Assembly: GCA_002633005.1 (NCBI GenBank)
Contig: NMRA01000157.1
Location: forward strand, 528,988-592,987
DNA from: Phoronis australis
Taxonomy: Eukaryota; Animalia; Phoronida
Direction: 5' to 3'
Length of the DNA: 64,000 bases
The stretch's first letter is position 1; every line of letters begins with the position of its first letter. The notes beneath the pieces are model-generated. The model was not told the DNA's origin and searched no databases. It saw only the letters and a list, made by a program, of their open reading frames with translations. Shown here piece by piece: positions 57,601 through 64,000 of the stretch. The position numbers and the translations under genes were made by a program.

Positions 57601-60600
57601 TCTCGCCGATTTCAACCATCTCAGTTGACCTGACAGCTACAGGTCCATTATCATTGATATCCAACACTTTAACACTGACATCCGTTGCATTGCACTGCTT
57701 GGGTATTCCATTATCACACGCGCTGACAGTGAAAGCATAATTGGCGTCCACTTCACGGTCCAGAAGCTTCCTCACCGAGAGAGTACCAGTACCAGAATCA
57801 ATCTCAAAAAATTCTTTGGCCCTGAAGAAATAACAGATCTTACATAGATTCTTTTCTGACATGAAAGTCCAAACTGAACATAATGAAATAAATTCAAGCC
57901 TCCCAAAGATTACTCAAAGCGTCCTCACCAAGAAAAAGTCTCACACGGGTCATTTCAGGCACGAAATAAAAATCACTATTTTGGAATCACTTTGCATGCC
58001 AGGTACATAAAATGGATAAGAATCCCTAGAATAAAAATTGATCATGGTCAACAAATTCATTGCCAGATTTCTCTTGTAGTAGATGAACTACACACAAAGT
58101 GAACTCTGGCTGGGATCACAAGTCTATGAACAATCATGGCAATGAATTTGACAATAAAATGTTCTGAAAACCCAAAAGATGTTTTAAGGAGCAATTTTGG
58201 ACGCAATATCCCAAACAGCCTCAGAAGCACTTGTTTTTGCAAGAGGACAACTAAACCACAGGTTCTAAAAAGAATACCATGTTACTGCTTTCAGTCCTTC
58301 TGACCGATTCCTTTCCCGGCTGCACACTGGATGGTACAAAAGAGGACCCGGCTCAAATTATGTAACAATTTTGTTACAAGGGCATAGTTTACTGATATTT
58401 GTGAGCTTATAACTCATTGCTCATGTGTAGGTATGAGACAACTAGGTAAAAATTCAAGCCCATATTCAGGCCAGTGACTTGGCAACAATATCTGCAGTGT
58501 TGACTGACATGACAGGCATGACAGAAGCCTAAATTTAAGTCTCTGGTTAAAGTAGACTGTGAAATAGTCGACATGTCTCATGAACAACCCCCCCCCCCTG
58601 TATTATTCAAAGCTGAATAGGGCATTGTTATTCATATTAAGAAGTATGTTGATTCATACCATGTGAAGACATGTAATGAGACGCACTTGACTAACGTTAC
58701 ATTATCAAGTAAGTGACATGATGTAAACCTTTGACATGGTTATGAGTAAAACCTACACTAAGCTGACACTGCAGGACAGGTTTTGACAACAGAGGCTCTT
58801 TCCATAACACTAGTATCTTGTGAGTCAGGCAAGATCCCGCCAAGCTAAAGTGAAATGGAATGTCAGGACATCAAGTAATGGGAAAATCAGTATTTTCCTT
58901 GTAAGAGGTAAGATTTGAACTACAAGTGAATAGCGATTATTTAGGAAACACACCCACACGTTAACATAGTCATCCCAAAATCTTCAATTTTAATACTCAC
59001 CAAGAGCTGGCGATGGAGTAAATAATCTTGGAGTTGTCCCCCATGTCACTGTCTTCAGCGTAAACTATTACTCCACTCAAGGGAGATACTTTCTCTTCAA
59101 CAACAGTGTACTCGTACTTTGACTGATTGAACTGTGGCACGTTGTCATTGACATCAAGTATTGTCACATTCAAAATGGCGTTTTCACTCTGCAATTGTAA
59201 AGCTTGATTCAAGTATTGTTTTTAGAAATTGCAAGAAAATTGATGTAATTACAGTCTACGTTGCATGCAGGTCGCAGAATGGGTTAAGGCAATCAGATAA
59301 AACCTAACATGTTGTAATGGTCTTTTAATACAAAGGAATAAATAAATCCCAATTCCTGACTCACACCATAGGAAGATAAGTTATGGCGGGAGAAATATAC
59401 CTGCACAAATAAGCCATCATAAAATTGCAGACACTCTGCAGGTCAAGCAAAAAAGAAAGCTGCCACCAAAATAATGCTTAACGTACACATCATGTTTCAT
59501 GTATTGTGCCTTTTGTTTTATATCCATCTCCCCATCAACTTTACAACTTCAACAATGCCTAAAACATGTGAGTTTCAACAAATTTCTTCAAATATATGCT
59601 CTTTAATTTGTCAAGAAGGTCAATGTAGCAAAACTGCTCATCTCCGTGACTAGTTCTGCAAAATGGCTAACATTTATTTGTTTGTTACACAAAAGACCTC
59701 TGGCCCATATACGCAATTATAAAGTACTTTATAAAAACTTCAGTATCTACATAGTCTGTTTTGTTACCAGCTGCTAACAAATACTTACTAGAGCTAATAC
59801 AAAAATTTCAGTATCTACATAGTCTGTTTTGTTACCAGCTGCTAACAAATACTTACTAGAGCTAATACAAAAATTTAAGTATCTACATAGTCTGTTTTGT
59901 TACCAGCTGCTAACAAATACTTACTAGAGCTAAATTCAAATGATCACACTTCAGCATGGCATTTACTAACAATGGTGATTTCACAGTTCACGCCTACAAT
60001 CTTGAAAGTTGTTCTGAAATCTTCACAAAGTGGACACTCAATTAAAGCATGATATCCGTCTTCTACAACATGTAGGTCACAAACAGTACATAACCAATTA
60101 TTTTGCGGGAATTTTTTCTTTCTATTTTTGTAAGTTATGATCATTTGATCATTTAAATCTTGCTTTCAGATATTTTGTATCTTTGATGTTTGCAGGATCT
60201 GTAAGTATCTAATTGACATTCAACTATTCCCAGTGCCACTGCTGCCTATCAATGTCTAAATTTCGTTGTTTAAACTACATCAAAAATAGTGAACTATTTC
60301 TGCCAAATGGCCTGTACAGTAATAAAGTCTAACGTAATAAACAGGAAGGAACTATTACTAATCATCAAAATAGTACTGACTGCGTGCTGTTAACATAACA
60401 CCATTTCTTACACATTCCACTGCATGAAATTCAGCCTGTAAAAATAACTTAGCATAACATTTTACAAGAATGCAATACCAGAGCAGAAGAAGCACATGAA
60501 AGCATTGGTAAAGGAGTTATCATGGTAGAAGGAGTGATGTTTACTTACAAACTGTCCATCAGAGACACCTATTGCTAATGAGTAGAATGCCTTCTCTTCT

Positions 60601-61186
60601 CGATCAAGTAGTTGCACCGTTTCTACAACTCCAGTAAGAGCACTGCAAGTAAGATTTCACAAAAAAGTATAAAGCTGCTGATAAACAATGATTTCAGTGT
60701 TTTGCAACAAACACGTTCGAGTAGATGGTCATTCTTTCATCAGGTGGAACTGATCCGGTTTTGAAAAACAATTAACATCAGATGATGTACAGCAAATTAT
60801 CGTTAAAACAGAGCTGCTGCATAATTCAGAGGAAAAAGTAATAATCACAATATGCTATTTACCACTTTCAAATATCAAAACCAAATTTGTTAATTTAGGA
60901 AATGGCCAGGAAAAAAATGATTGCCAAATTTGAGTCTGCTTTTGAAATGCAAAATCAGAATCTCTAACAATGGTAACAGGGTGATAGCTTAACTACCAAA
61001 GGTTGGTAGTAATAATGTCAAGATGACTACCAACACAAGAGACTGGCCTCTGCTAGAAGCAAAAACTTGGACATGATAAAACAACTAAAAGCCCAGACTT
61101 GATAAAACTTACTTGACTTTGAACGCCCCATTCCCACCACTAACAAGGCTGTACTTCAGAACTGCGTCCGAGTCTAGATCTGTGGC
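5778..61186 (-). CDS. Giant cadherin-related transmembrane protein (>=27 EC repeats + MAD-like domain + TM + cytoplasmic tail), 5'-partial, 51 exons in window
   Basis: 51 exons with GT-AG borders and matching phases give one open frame of ~3356 aa. Repeated PE, DxD, LDRE/LDYE and DxNDNxP cadherin motifs; one hydrophobic helix; no EGF/LamG before the TM. Confidence 0.95.
7934..8081. mobile_element. small fold-back/MITE-like palindrome
   Basis: ~50-bp imperfect inverted arms tttgagcagtc..gttcagtt..ggcaactggcc / ggccagttgcc..aactgaac..gactgctcaaa. Confidence 0.7.
11076..11162 (-). CDS. cytoplasmic exon 3
   Basis: VPSDNGTASGAGNIDGTWMSPYKNGDVN; ttttacag/gtatgt; phase 2-2. Confidence 0.75.
11951..12100 (-). 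CDS. cytoplasmic exon 2
   Basis: DSEHMRVFALEAGRDASVITLDNSYSAKDLYVNIQREATSSNGSYRKPT; ccag/gtgagt; phase 2-2. Confidence 0.8.
12171..12558. mobile_element. MITE with TTAA ends (Kolobok-like)
   Basis: Perfect 15-bp inverted ends ttaaagtggcatttg / caaatgccactttaa. Confidence 0.7.
12331..12367 (-). ncRNA. minimal type-I hammerhead ribozyme-like motif
   Basis: ACACGGUA-CUGAUGA-GGAUCA-GAAA-UUC-UACUGUGU: 8-bp stem I, full core, UUC triplet, vestigial stem II. Confidence 0.5.
12664..13005. mobile_element. MITE (Harbinger-like ends)
   Basis: Inverted ends ttaggcccacacaac / ggtgcatgggcctaa. Confidence 0.5.
14311..14445 (-). CDS. cytoplasmic exon 1
   Basis: REAERVRNKAAKNSLYMRPEEVDHGYGLTMENPAFSADELDQSD; phase 2-2. 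Confidence 0.85.
14844..15485. mobile_element. fold-back element with many internal (aa)ttctcac / gagaat motifs
   Basis: Ends gtgagaatctcagtgga / tccagtgagattctcac are inverted; motif orientation switches across the element. Confidence 0.55.
15730..15918 (-). CDS. transmembrane exon
   Basis: ...EASFISLGGVLFLACIVGLIVAIISWKK; phase 2-2. Confidence 0.92.
16131..16196 (-). CDS. exon, membrane-adjacent domain
   Basis: TDIYIFATDSKGALVTRDDLLK; phase 2-2. Confidence 0.85.
17209..17292 (-). CDS. exon, membrane-adjacent domain
   Basis: NLSSILGYNVHVEKVEMKVDVDKVNPDA; phase 2-2. Confidence 0.85.
17862..17950 (-). CDS. exon, start of membrane-adjacent domain
   Basis: VFVLTNNYRVILSANVPKQEILDGLQPLIG; phase 0-2. 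Confidence 0.85.
18791..18997 (-). CDS. cadherin exon (last EC repeat)
   Basis: ATDGDTGTSDLKY...VKATDESGAGLSS; phase 0-0. Confidence 0.92.
20764..20894 (-). CDS. cadherin exon
   Basis: PNIVTLVVTVGDVNDNPPVF; phase 1-0. Confidence 0.92.
21101..21253 (-). CDS. cadherin exon with RRRR insert
   Basis: FFSIQNSTG...LDRETVSSYTLKVRAERVVTRRRRAVARKLRAVE; phase 1-1. Confidence 0.88.
21958..22091. repeat. 21-bp minisatellite (~6 copies) spanning an exon-intron junction
   Basis: Unit catttccatagttacccaatt. Confidence 0.95.
22079..22250 (-). CDS. cadherin exon
   Basis: VKITVKRTSKVPVFDK...YTIVSGNEL; phase 0-1; donor lies inside a 21-bp repeat. Confidence 0.88.
22758..22903 (-). CDS. cadherin exon
   Basis: DPNNGLFGVNSTGAI...AEDNYSPSSNDTTM; phase 1-0. 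Confidence 0.9.
23587..23637 (-). ncRNA. decayed hammerhead-like motif followed by AATAAA (Penelope pLTR-like)
   Basis: CCAAAAG-GUGAAGA-...-CCGAAA-GUU-GUCUUGG then AACCAAUAAA; core C3 mutated. Confidence 0.3.
24039..24302 (-). CDS. cadherin exon
   Basis: LDYEKQSWY...DMNDTPPKF; phase 1-1. Confidence 0.92.
24769..24871 (-). CDS. cadherin exon
   Basis: VTTVFANDTDSGINGKVLYSIEGAASNMFYVVNK; phase 0-1. Confidence 0.9.
25663..25806 (-). CDS. cadherin exon
   Basis: VADQGQPSRNSTT...DINDNAP; phase 0-0. Confidence 0.92.
26097..26194 (-). CDS. cadherin exon
   Basis: AGVVDVNRTTGEVFIDGLLDRENVSSYNMIVT; phase 1-0; second in-frame AG at 26188. Confidence 0.88.
27636..27801 (-). CDS. cadherin exon
   Basis: VTVTVDDVNDHAPVF...SDDDVGVN; phase 0-1. 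Confidence 0.92.
27863..28145. repeat. 40-bp minisatellite (~7 copies)
   Basis: Unit agtagcaccacatatgtacataataggcacatgtgcttag. Confidence 0.95.
28231..28287. repeat. 16-bp tandem repeat (~3.5 copies)
   Basis: Unit taatcaataatgcctt. Confidence 0.9.
28650..28757 (-). CDS. cadherin exon
   Basis: GNITTAKRLDRELVDKYTFTVRAVDGRIPERTAYAV; phase 0-0. Confidence 0.92.
30092..30777 (-). CDS. cadherin exon (686 nt)
   Basis: Core of ORF 30056-30844; ~2 EC repeats; phase 1-0. Confidence 0.94.
30921..31049. repeat. 13-bp minisatellite (~10 copies)
   Basis: Unit gtata(g/c)agtcact. Confidence 0.95.
31232..31519 (-). CDS. cadherin exon
   Basis: EIFTTGGLDRETEP...DINDNVP...TDLDLG; phase 1-1. Confidence 0.92.
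32014..32266 (-). CDS. cadherin exon
   Basis: IVATDALGKG...DINDKKPHF...ASDGD; phase 0-1. Confidence 0.92.
32573..32680. repeat. ~33-bp tandem repeat (~3 copies)
   Basis: Unit ccttacttgtaattgtattagtcatataactga. Confidence 0.85.
33087..33269 (-). CDS. cadherin exon
   Basis: DPPIKVTDRDTGTNEQF...LDREKQNSYFLQ; phase 0-0. Confidence 0.92.
34484..34603 (-). CDS. cadherin exon
   Basis: GTCEVVITVLDVNDNAPEF; phase 0-0. Confidence 0.92.
34934..35032 (-). CDS. cadherin exon
   Basis: DGKITSVGKLNREETSEYVIIVTAKDKGVPFRQ; phase 0-0. Confidence 0.92.
35025..35210. repeat. 63-bp diverged tandem triplication of a splice acceptor
   Basis: ttaccatcctgtcaaacaaagagtg recurs at 35025, 35088 and 35151. Confidence 0.85.
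35326..35697. repeat. 42-bp minisatellite (~9 copies)
   Basis: Unit gcatcgtgaacagtgccaggtttataatgcttgtattatctt. Confidence 0.95.
35842..36057 (-). other. second copy of the same exon, probable haplotype/assembly duplication
   Basis: 35769-36060 duplicates 36062-36353 across a single N at 36061; only two synonymous exonic differences seen. Confidence 0.75.
36135..36350 (-). CDS. cadherin exon
   Basis: VNLYITLVDVNDNDPVF...ATDKDRGSNG; phase 0-0; has its natural upstream intron. Confidence 0.88.
37168..37230 (+). mobile_element. decayed tRNA-derived SINE head
   Basis: A-box-like TAGTGGCTAGAG and B-box-like GTTCAACTC at tRNA-like spacing. Confidence 0.4.
37307..37350 (+). ncRNA. minimal hammerhead-like motif (Penelope-type)
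   Basis: CAU-CUGAAGA-UGGCUGGAGAGAAUCUGACU-GAAAC-AUC-AUG; more decayed inverted copy at ~37070-37113. Confidence 0.5.
37449..37567 (-). CDS. cadherin exon
   Basis: MFEIDSGTGVVKLAKRLDITKQEHYNLTLWASDGQLNSS; phase 1-0. Confidence 0.92.
38237..38426 (-). CDS. cadherin exon
   Basis: VVIYVDDINDNPPVF...ATDGD; phase 0-1. Confidence 0.92.
39390..39518 (-). CDS. cadherin exon (its frame is not in the ORF track)
   Basis: AALKVVKELDREKGLEYSNGSAVFRVTVQVRDHGTPIRTSTTV; phase 0-0. Confidence 0.9.
40870..40994 (-). CDS. cadherin exon
   Basis: ATDADVGTNSELSFSI; phase 1-0. Confidence 0.9.
41458..41548 (-). CDS. cadherin exon
   Basis: VSCQVNVTVTDVNDNAPSF; phase 0-1. Confidence 0.92.
42004..42131 (-). CDS. 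cadherin exon
   Basis: GNQDGHFGINNNTG...LDRETKEQF; phase 1-0. Confidence 0.9.
42410..43525 (+). mobile_element. HINE/Helentron-like non-autonomous element with ~7 diverged ~147-bp core repeats
   Basis: Recurring ccactagrgg and accaaattt motifs, (GACA)n at 43471-43488, ends cataaaaact. Confidence 0.6.
43974..44064 (-). CDS. cadherin exon
   Basis: DIQLKVPFTRLHATDVDLVDQGLITYSIIE; phase 0-1. Confidence 0.9.
44566..44685 (-). CDS. cadherin exon
   Basis: INVSDGNYPGSNTSVRILVQDVNDNAPVF; phase 0-0. Confidence 0.92.
44868..44999 (-). CDS. cadherin exon
   Basis: LTYSIVRDD...LDHETM...YTLE; phase 0-0. Confidence 0.9.
45508..45648 (-). CDS. cadherin exon
   Basis: VYVFISDVNDNAPRF...AVDPDEKSE; phase 0-0. 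Confidence 0.9.
45801..45933. repeat. diverged ~66-bp tandem duplication
   Basis: tatcaata.tatag..gtgcttaaat.aagaattt...ggacat occurs twice. Confidence 0.7.
46427..46540 (-). CDS. cadherin exon
   Basis: GLITLSKPLDREDIAKQSLLVTAYGRGSSNELLSAEVG; donor gtgtgt (weaker alternative at 46433). Confidence 0.85.
47397..48710 (-). CDS. cadherin exon (1314 nt, ~4 EC repeats)
   Basis: Core of ORF 47346-48785; ttacag acceptor, gtgagg donor; phase 0-0. Confidence 0.95.
49410..49724 (-). CDS. cadherin exon
   Basis: VYASDKDSGALG...DKNDKAP; phase 0-0. Confidence 0.93.
50362..50588 (-). CDS. cadherin exon
   Basis: LRIELTTGNL...LDYEKVQ...DVNDNSP; phase 1-0. Confidence 0.92.
50827..51008 (-). CDS. cadherin exon
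   Basis: SAQVNVRVTDINDSPPEF...ATDED; phase 2-1. Confidence 0.92.
51716..51840 (-). CDS. cadherin exon
   Basis: VPFAVDAVTGEI...LDFEKSSDYSFRVIASDHGHPPLS; phase 0-2. Confidence 0.92.
53308..53429 (-). CDS. cadherin exon
   Basis: SYTVNVLESANVND...TDVDSGENGRVTFSI; phase 1-0. Confidence 0.92.
53797..53887 (-). CDS. cadherin exon
   Basis: VTAADRSLNSTASVNITVIDVNDNPPVF; phase 0-1. Confidence 0.92.
54710..54857 (-). CDS. cadherin exon
   Basis: VIATDSDSNAEIRY...LDYEKGD; phase 2-0. Confidence 0.92.
55198..55292. repeat. ~20-bp tandem repeat (5 copies)
   Basis: Unit aaaagaggaaattgcaa(a/c)c. Confidence 0.8.
55404..55492 (-). CDS. cadherin exon
   Basis: DINDNPPLFTQNLYHAQVKENHNIG; phase 0-2. Confidence 0.92.
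55716..55952 (-). CDS. cadherin exon
   Basis: VTDADDGENG...LDHEAQ...TVNVK; phase 0-0. Confidence 0.92.
56140..57010 (+). mobile_element. second HINE-like element with diverged internal repeats
   Basis: Recurring acaaggaatttcttatcaaaaactaaa and aaatttca motifs; cagac..cagatgg remnant and cataaa end. Confidence 0.45.
57569..57821 (-). CDS. cadherin exon
   Basis: AKEFFEIDSGTG...LDREVD...DINDNGP; phase 2-0. Confidence 0.92.
59001..59188 (-). CDS. cadherin exon
   Basis: SENAILNVTILDVNDNVPQF...AEDSDMGDNSKIIYSI; phase 0-2. Confidence 0.92.
59670..60330 (-). mobile_element. LINE 3' fragment (L2/Crack-like)
   Basis: CTVCDLHVVEDGYHALIECPLCEDFR C-terminal Zn-binding motif, then a tgggccagaggtc...aataaa-type 3' end. 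Confidence 0.7.
59733..59933. repeat. ~68-bp tandem repeat (3 copies) within the LINE tail
   Basis: agtatctacatagtctgttttgttaccagctgctaacaaatacttactagagctaa x3. Confidence 0.95.
60549..60642 (-). CDS. cadherin exon
   Basis: ALTGVVETVQLLDREEKAFYSLAIGVSDGQF; phase 2-0. Confidence 0.92.
60711..60750 (-). ncRNA. decayed hammerhead-like motif
   Basis: CCAC-CUGAUGA-AAGAAUGACCAUCUACUC-GAAC-GUGU; one A of GAAA missing. Confidence 0.3.
61113..61186 (-). CDS. cadherin exon (first in window)
   Basis: ATDLDSDAVLKYSLVSGGNGAFKV; ag/gtaagt; phase 0-2. Confidence 0.9.
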
Positions 61187-61530
61187 CTAACAACAATTCA
61201 TTTCATGTTACTACATTAGATTTATTTTTGTACTGTGAGAAAAGAATAAAAACTGTTGTGACACAATAAAATTAAGACACACACAAAAAGCTATTCAATG
61301 CAAGGATATAACCAATGTAAGACACTTGAACATATACCTTCCCAATTCAGAAGTACTATAACTTGGCAGTAATCTTTCTCGTATACATATTTCATTGAAG
61401 ACACGACTTTGATCTGTTTTTACTATTTAATTTCAGTTCTTTTAAACTCTCTAAATAGAGATCTTGTCTTTACATCACAATAAATGCAATAAAAACTCAA
61501 ACGATATCAGTAGGTAACATAATTTAAGAA

Positions 61531-61570
61531 AAGGATATTTCGAGACACATATCTCATCTTCAGGCTACTA
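61531..61570 (-). ncRNA. minimal type-I hammerhead ribozyme-like motif
   Basis: AGC-CUGAAGA-U-GAGAU(AUGU)GUCUC-GAAA-UAUC; intact core and 5-bp stem II. Confidence 0.6.
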
Positions 61571-61665
61571 TTTACAACTAGTTCACAGTGAAACGCACAT
61601 CAGAAATGATAAATGCAATATAACACGTGAAGTTGGCATGCGCAACTATGACAACAAAAACACAC

Positions 61666-63248
61666 ATGTGACCCACCACCACAAAATGAGTCTTAAGTCG
61701 GGATTTGTCATTTTTTTAATTGTTATTTTTTCTGAAAATACAGTATTTTCTAATCATTTTGATACATGAAACATGTCCTTATCTTCACAAATGACCGAGT
61801 TATTGCCAATTCTAGTCGGGGAAAGCGAAAATTTAGAGCTTTCAAAAGTCAAGGAAAATGGCCGACAAAAAGTGCTGATAGTGTCTTTAAAATTTCCATA
61901 GCAACCTGCAGTTGAATGCTACATTTCAGACTTATTAGTATACACAACAACATAAACAAATAAAAGAAATAAAAAATTAGAAAGAATATAGACCTTATTA
62001 TGTAATCTCAGCCAAAAAGGAGTGATATTCATGTTGGGTTGGTGCAACTGGGTCAATAAATTTCCCAGCTTATGTATACAGGGTCAGTCCACTTGTGGCA
62101 GGAGGGGTTACCGCAAGTAAAACAAGTAGTTAAAGTGTATTTTGGAGAAGTTTAATAAAATGAAGTCTTGTAGATTACAAAATACATGTACCTGGCTGAT
62201 TTTTGTTCAAAATAATTCAAAATTTTACGCTAGTGTGAATAATTTTGAAAAAAATGACAATCACTCATCCCTATCCAAGTCCACTGACACTGACTGAAGA
62301 GCAACGATTTCCTCGACTTCTCACCGAGTGATTCAGCCCTATCAAAGATTGTTCTCTCTAGCAGTAATATTCAGCTGCTTGCACCCCGATCGACTGGCTT
62401 TGCAGATACAAGACATTGTTGTGCGATTAAGCTAATCCGGACTGTTTTCTTCAAGTTCTGTTTGTTCCAATCCAACGACTTGGAATCCAACGTAACCGTA
62501 TTCGCGATGGGTCGATCATGAAACTCCTCTGGCGACGAGTTGCTGCCGTCAGACGACTCGTCGCTGTCACGAAATTGCTCCTTGTCTCCATCAACAAATG
62601 TGCTCTTTGATGAGTTCAGTTAATTCTCGCTGATCTTGATACGGCAGTCAGAGGCAAGAGTTAATCACTGAGATATCAGCTACACGGCGACCAGCCATCT
62701 TACTGTCTTGAAAACATGCCGTGACCTCGCGACCCCACAGTTTCACACCCACTTAACTAGTTCTAGCGAATGAGGTCAGCGATGCATTGGGTTAAAAGGT
62801 CGTTGCTAGCTAAAAGACTGGTGAGTGACACTTCTGTTGACAATACCCTGACTGCAAAAAGTGAAATAACTACTGATGATTGGACGAAAAACTCAAAGAG
62901 CTTACAACATGCATAATGAGCAGAGTTTGACCTTTCTGTTGATGTGTTTACGAACGAATTGGGTCATCGGAAGACTGAGCAATGAGGACACGAAAACCGG
63001 CAAATTTCGATGAAAATTTCACGAGATATGCAGTCGCGGAGAAGGTGATGTTTTTTAAAATGAAATAAATAAGGTTTAAAATGAAGTTTGCTTGTTTTAA
63101 AGTATTGTTTTGTGAAGTAGAATAAATAAATAATCATATTCTGCAATAAAAAAAATTTGACCTAATTTTAACCGATAGTGACTGTTTGCAGTCTTGTCAG
63201 GAAATAGAGTTTCCGACTTAAGACTCATTTTGTCGTGGTGGGTCACAT
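61666..63248. mobile_element. non-autonomous DNA transposon inserted in the fold-back spacer
   Basis: 36-bp TIRs atgtgacccaccac(c/g)acaaaatgagtcttaagtcgg at 61666-61701 and 63213-63248. Confidence 0.8.
62000..62795 (-). mobile_element. decayed piggyBac-like 5' fragment
   Basis: TTAA-CCC end at 62789-62795, CpG-rich leader, ATG GCT GGT CGC at 62699, acidic DSDESSDGSNSSPEE segment, KIHFN remnant; many stops. Confidence 0.4.
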
Positions 63249-63342
63249 ATATAAATATACATCATAGTTGCGCATGCCAACTTCACGTGTTATATTGCAT
63301 TTGTCATTCCTGATGTGCGTTTCACTGTGAACTAGTTGTAAA

Positions 63343-63385
63343 TAGTAGCTTGAAGATGAGATATGTGTCTTGAAATATCGCTTTT
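63343..63385 (+). ncRNA. inverted copy of the same hammerhead motif
   Basis: AGC-UUGAAGA-U-GAGAU(AUGU)GUCUU-GAAA-UAUC-GCU; stem I AGC/GCU intact, core C3U. Confidence 0.5.
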
Positions 63386-63589
63386 TAAATTATGTTAGCT
63401 ACTGATGTTGTTTGGATTTTTATTGCATTGTTGTGATGTAAAGACAAGATCTCTATTTAGAAAGTTTGAAAAAACTGAAATTAAACTAGTAAAAACAGAT
63501 CAAAGTCGTGTCTTCAATGGAATTCAGAAGTAATGAATACATCCAAGAGACTATAATCTACATGGAAACGAGCGAGGAGTAGGAGGAAG

Positions 63590-63760
63590 TGGGTGGCCTG
63601 AGGGGGTGAGGAAGTGATAGTGGGAGGGGCAAAGGGTGGGAGGGAAGGGTGGAGGGAGGGAGGGAGGAAGGGAGAGAGAGGGAGGGAGTGAGTGAGGGAG
63701 GGAGGGAGTGAAGGAGGGAGGGAGTGAAGGAGGGAGGGAGGTACCACGAGAGGGAGGCAA
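63590..63760 (+). repeat. polypurine (GGGA)n-like tract
   Basis: Many GGG runs; accounts for the three Pro/Ser/Leu ORFs on the minus strand. Confidence 0.9.
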
Positions 63761-64000
63761 TGAGGGTGTAAGCTAGGAACAACCCAGTATGCTACACTGC
63801 AATTAATAACAAAACCACTCCTTGTGTAAAGGTAAATCTAAGGACAGTTAAATCATTTTTGCCCATAACAAGTATGACATAATACAACACTACAAATCTA
63901 CCAATATCAAACTGCTGACATATGTGTAATCAAGCAAGCACATAACATTAAGTACCGTCAGCTGTTGTACAAATGTACCCATGGGGGTCATCTCTGGTAG

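Larger units (their letters stand above)
61393..63519. repeat. long inverted repeat, arms 61393-61651 and 63262-63519
   Basis: ~259-bp arms align as reverse complements with scattered substitutions. Confidence 0.92.

Noticed and set aside
58290-58370. GC-richer stretch resembling a SINE body (also 46790-46960 and 16720-16900)
   Set aside because: No boundaries, TSDs or family could be established from this window alone.
5778-61186. Calling the gene Fat/Fat4, CELSR or a classical cadherin, or assigning CDH23
   Set aside because: No EGF, LamG, 7TM or catenin-binding motifs; orthology to CDH23 cannot be shown without phylogeny, so no symbol is given.
63514-63782. Three Pro/Ser/Leu-rich ORFs
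   Set aside because: Translation of a low-complexity (CCCT)n tract.

Overview
AT-rich animal (probably marine invertebrate) genomic DNA, not prokaryotic. Almost the whole window is the 3' part of one very large minus-strand cadherin-superfamily gene. I hand-assembled 51 GT-AG exons between 61186 and 5778 whose phases all match, giving 10,071 nt or about 3,356 aa; the 5' end lies beyond the window. The protein has at least 27 EC repeats, a membrane-adjacent (MAD/SEA-like) domain, one TM helix and a long acidic, Pro-rich tail ending -DAFV, with no EGF/LamG. This resembles the CDH23/PCDH15/CDHR2/Cad87A-99C type rather than Fat. Downstream (1-3060) are decayed Gypsy and LINE relics. The introns hold MITEs, HINE-like repeats, minisatellites and a decayed piggyBac-like fragment. 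The most notable observations are: (i) several minimal type-I hammerhead ribozyme motifs of the Penelope type, two sets arranged as divergent fold-back pairs; (ii) minisatellites that have amplified real splice sites, including an in-frame ladder of 5' splice sites; (iii) a furin-type RRRR insert in the penultimate EC repeat; (iv) an intronic repeat array with one co-oriented CTCF-like motif per unit; (v) an apparent exon duplication that is most likely a haplotype assembly artefact. All calls are by eye; no searches were run. EC numbers count from the first (partial) repeat in the window.
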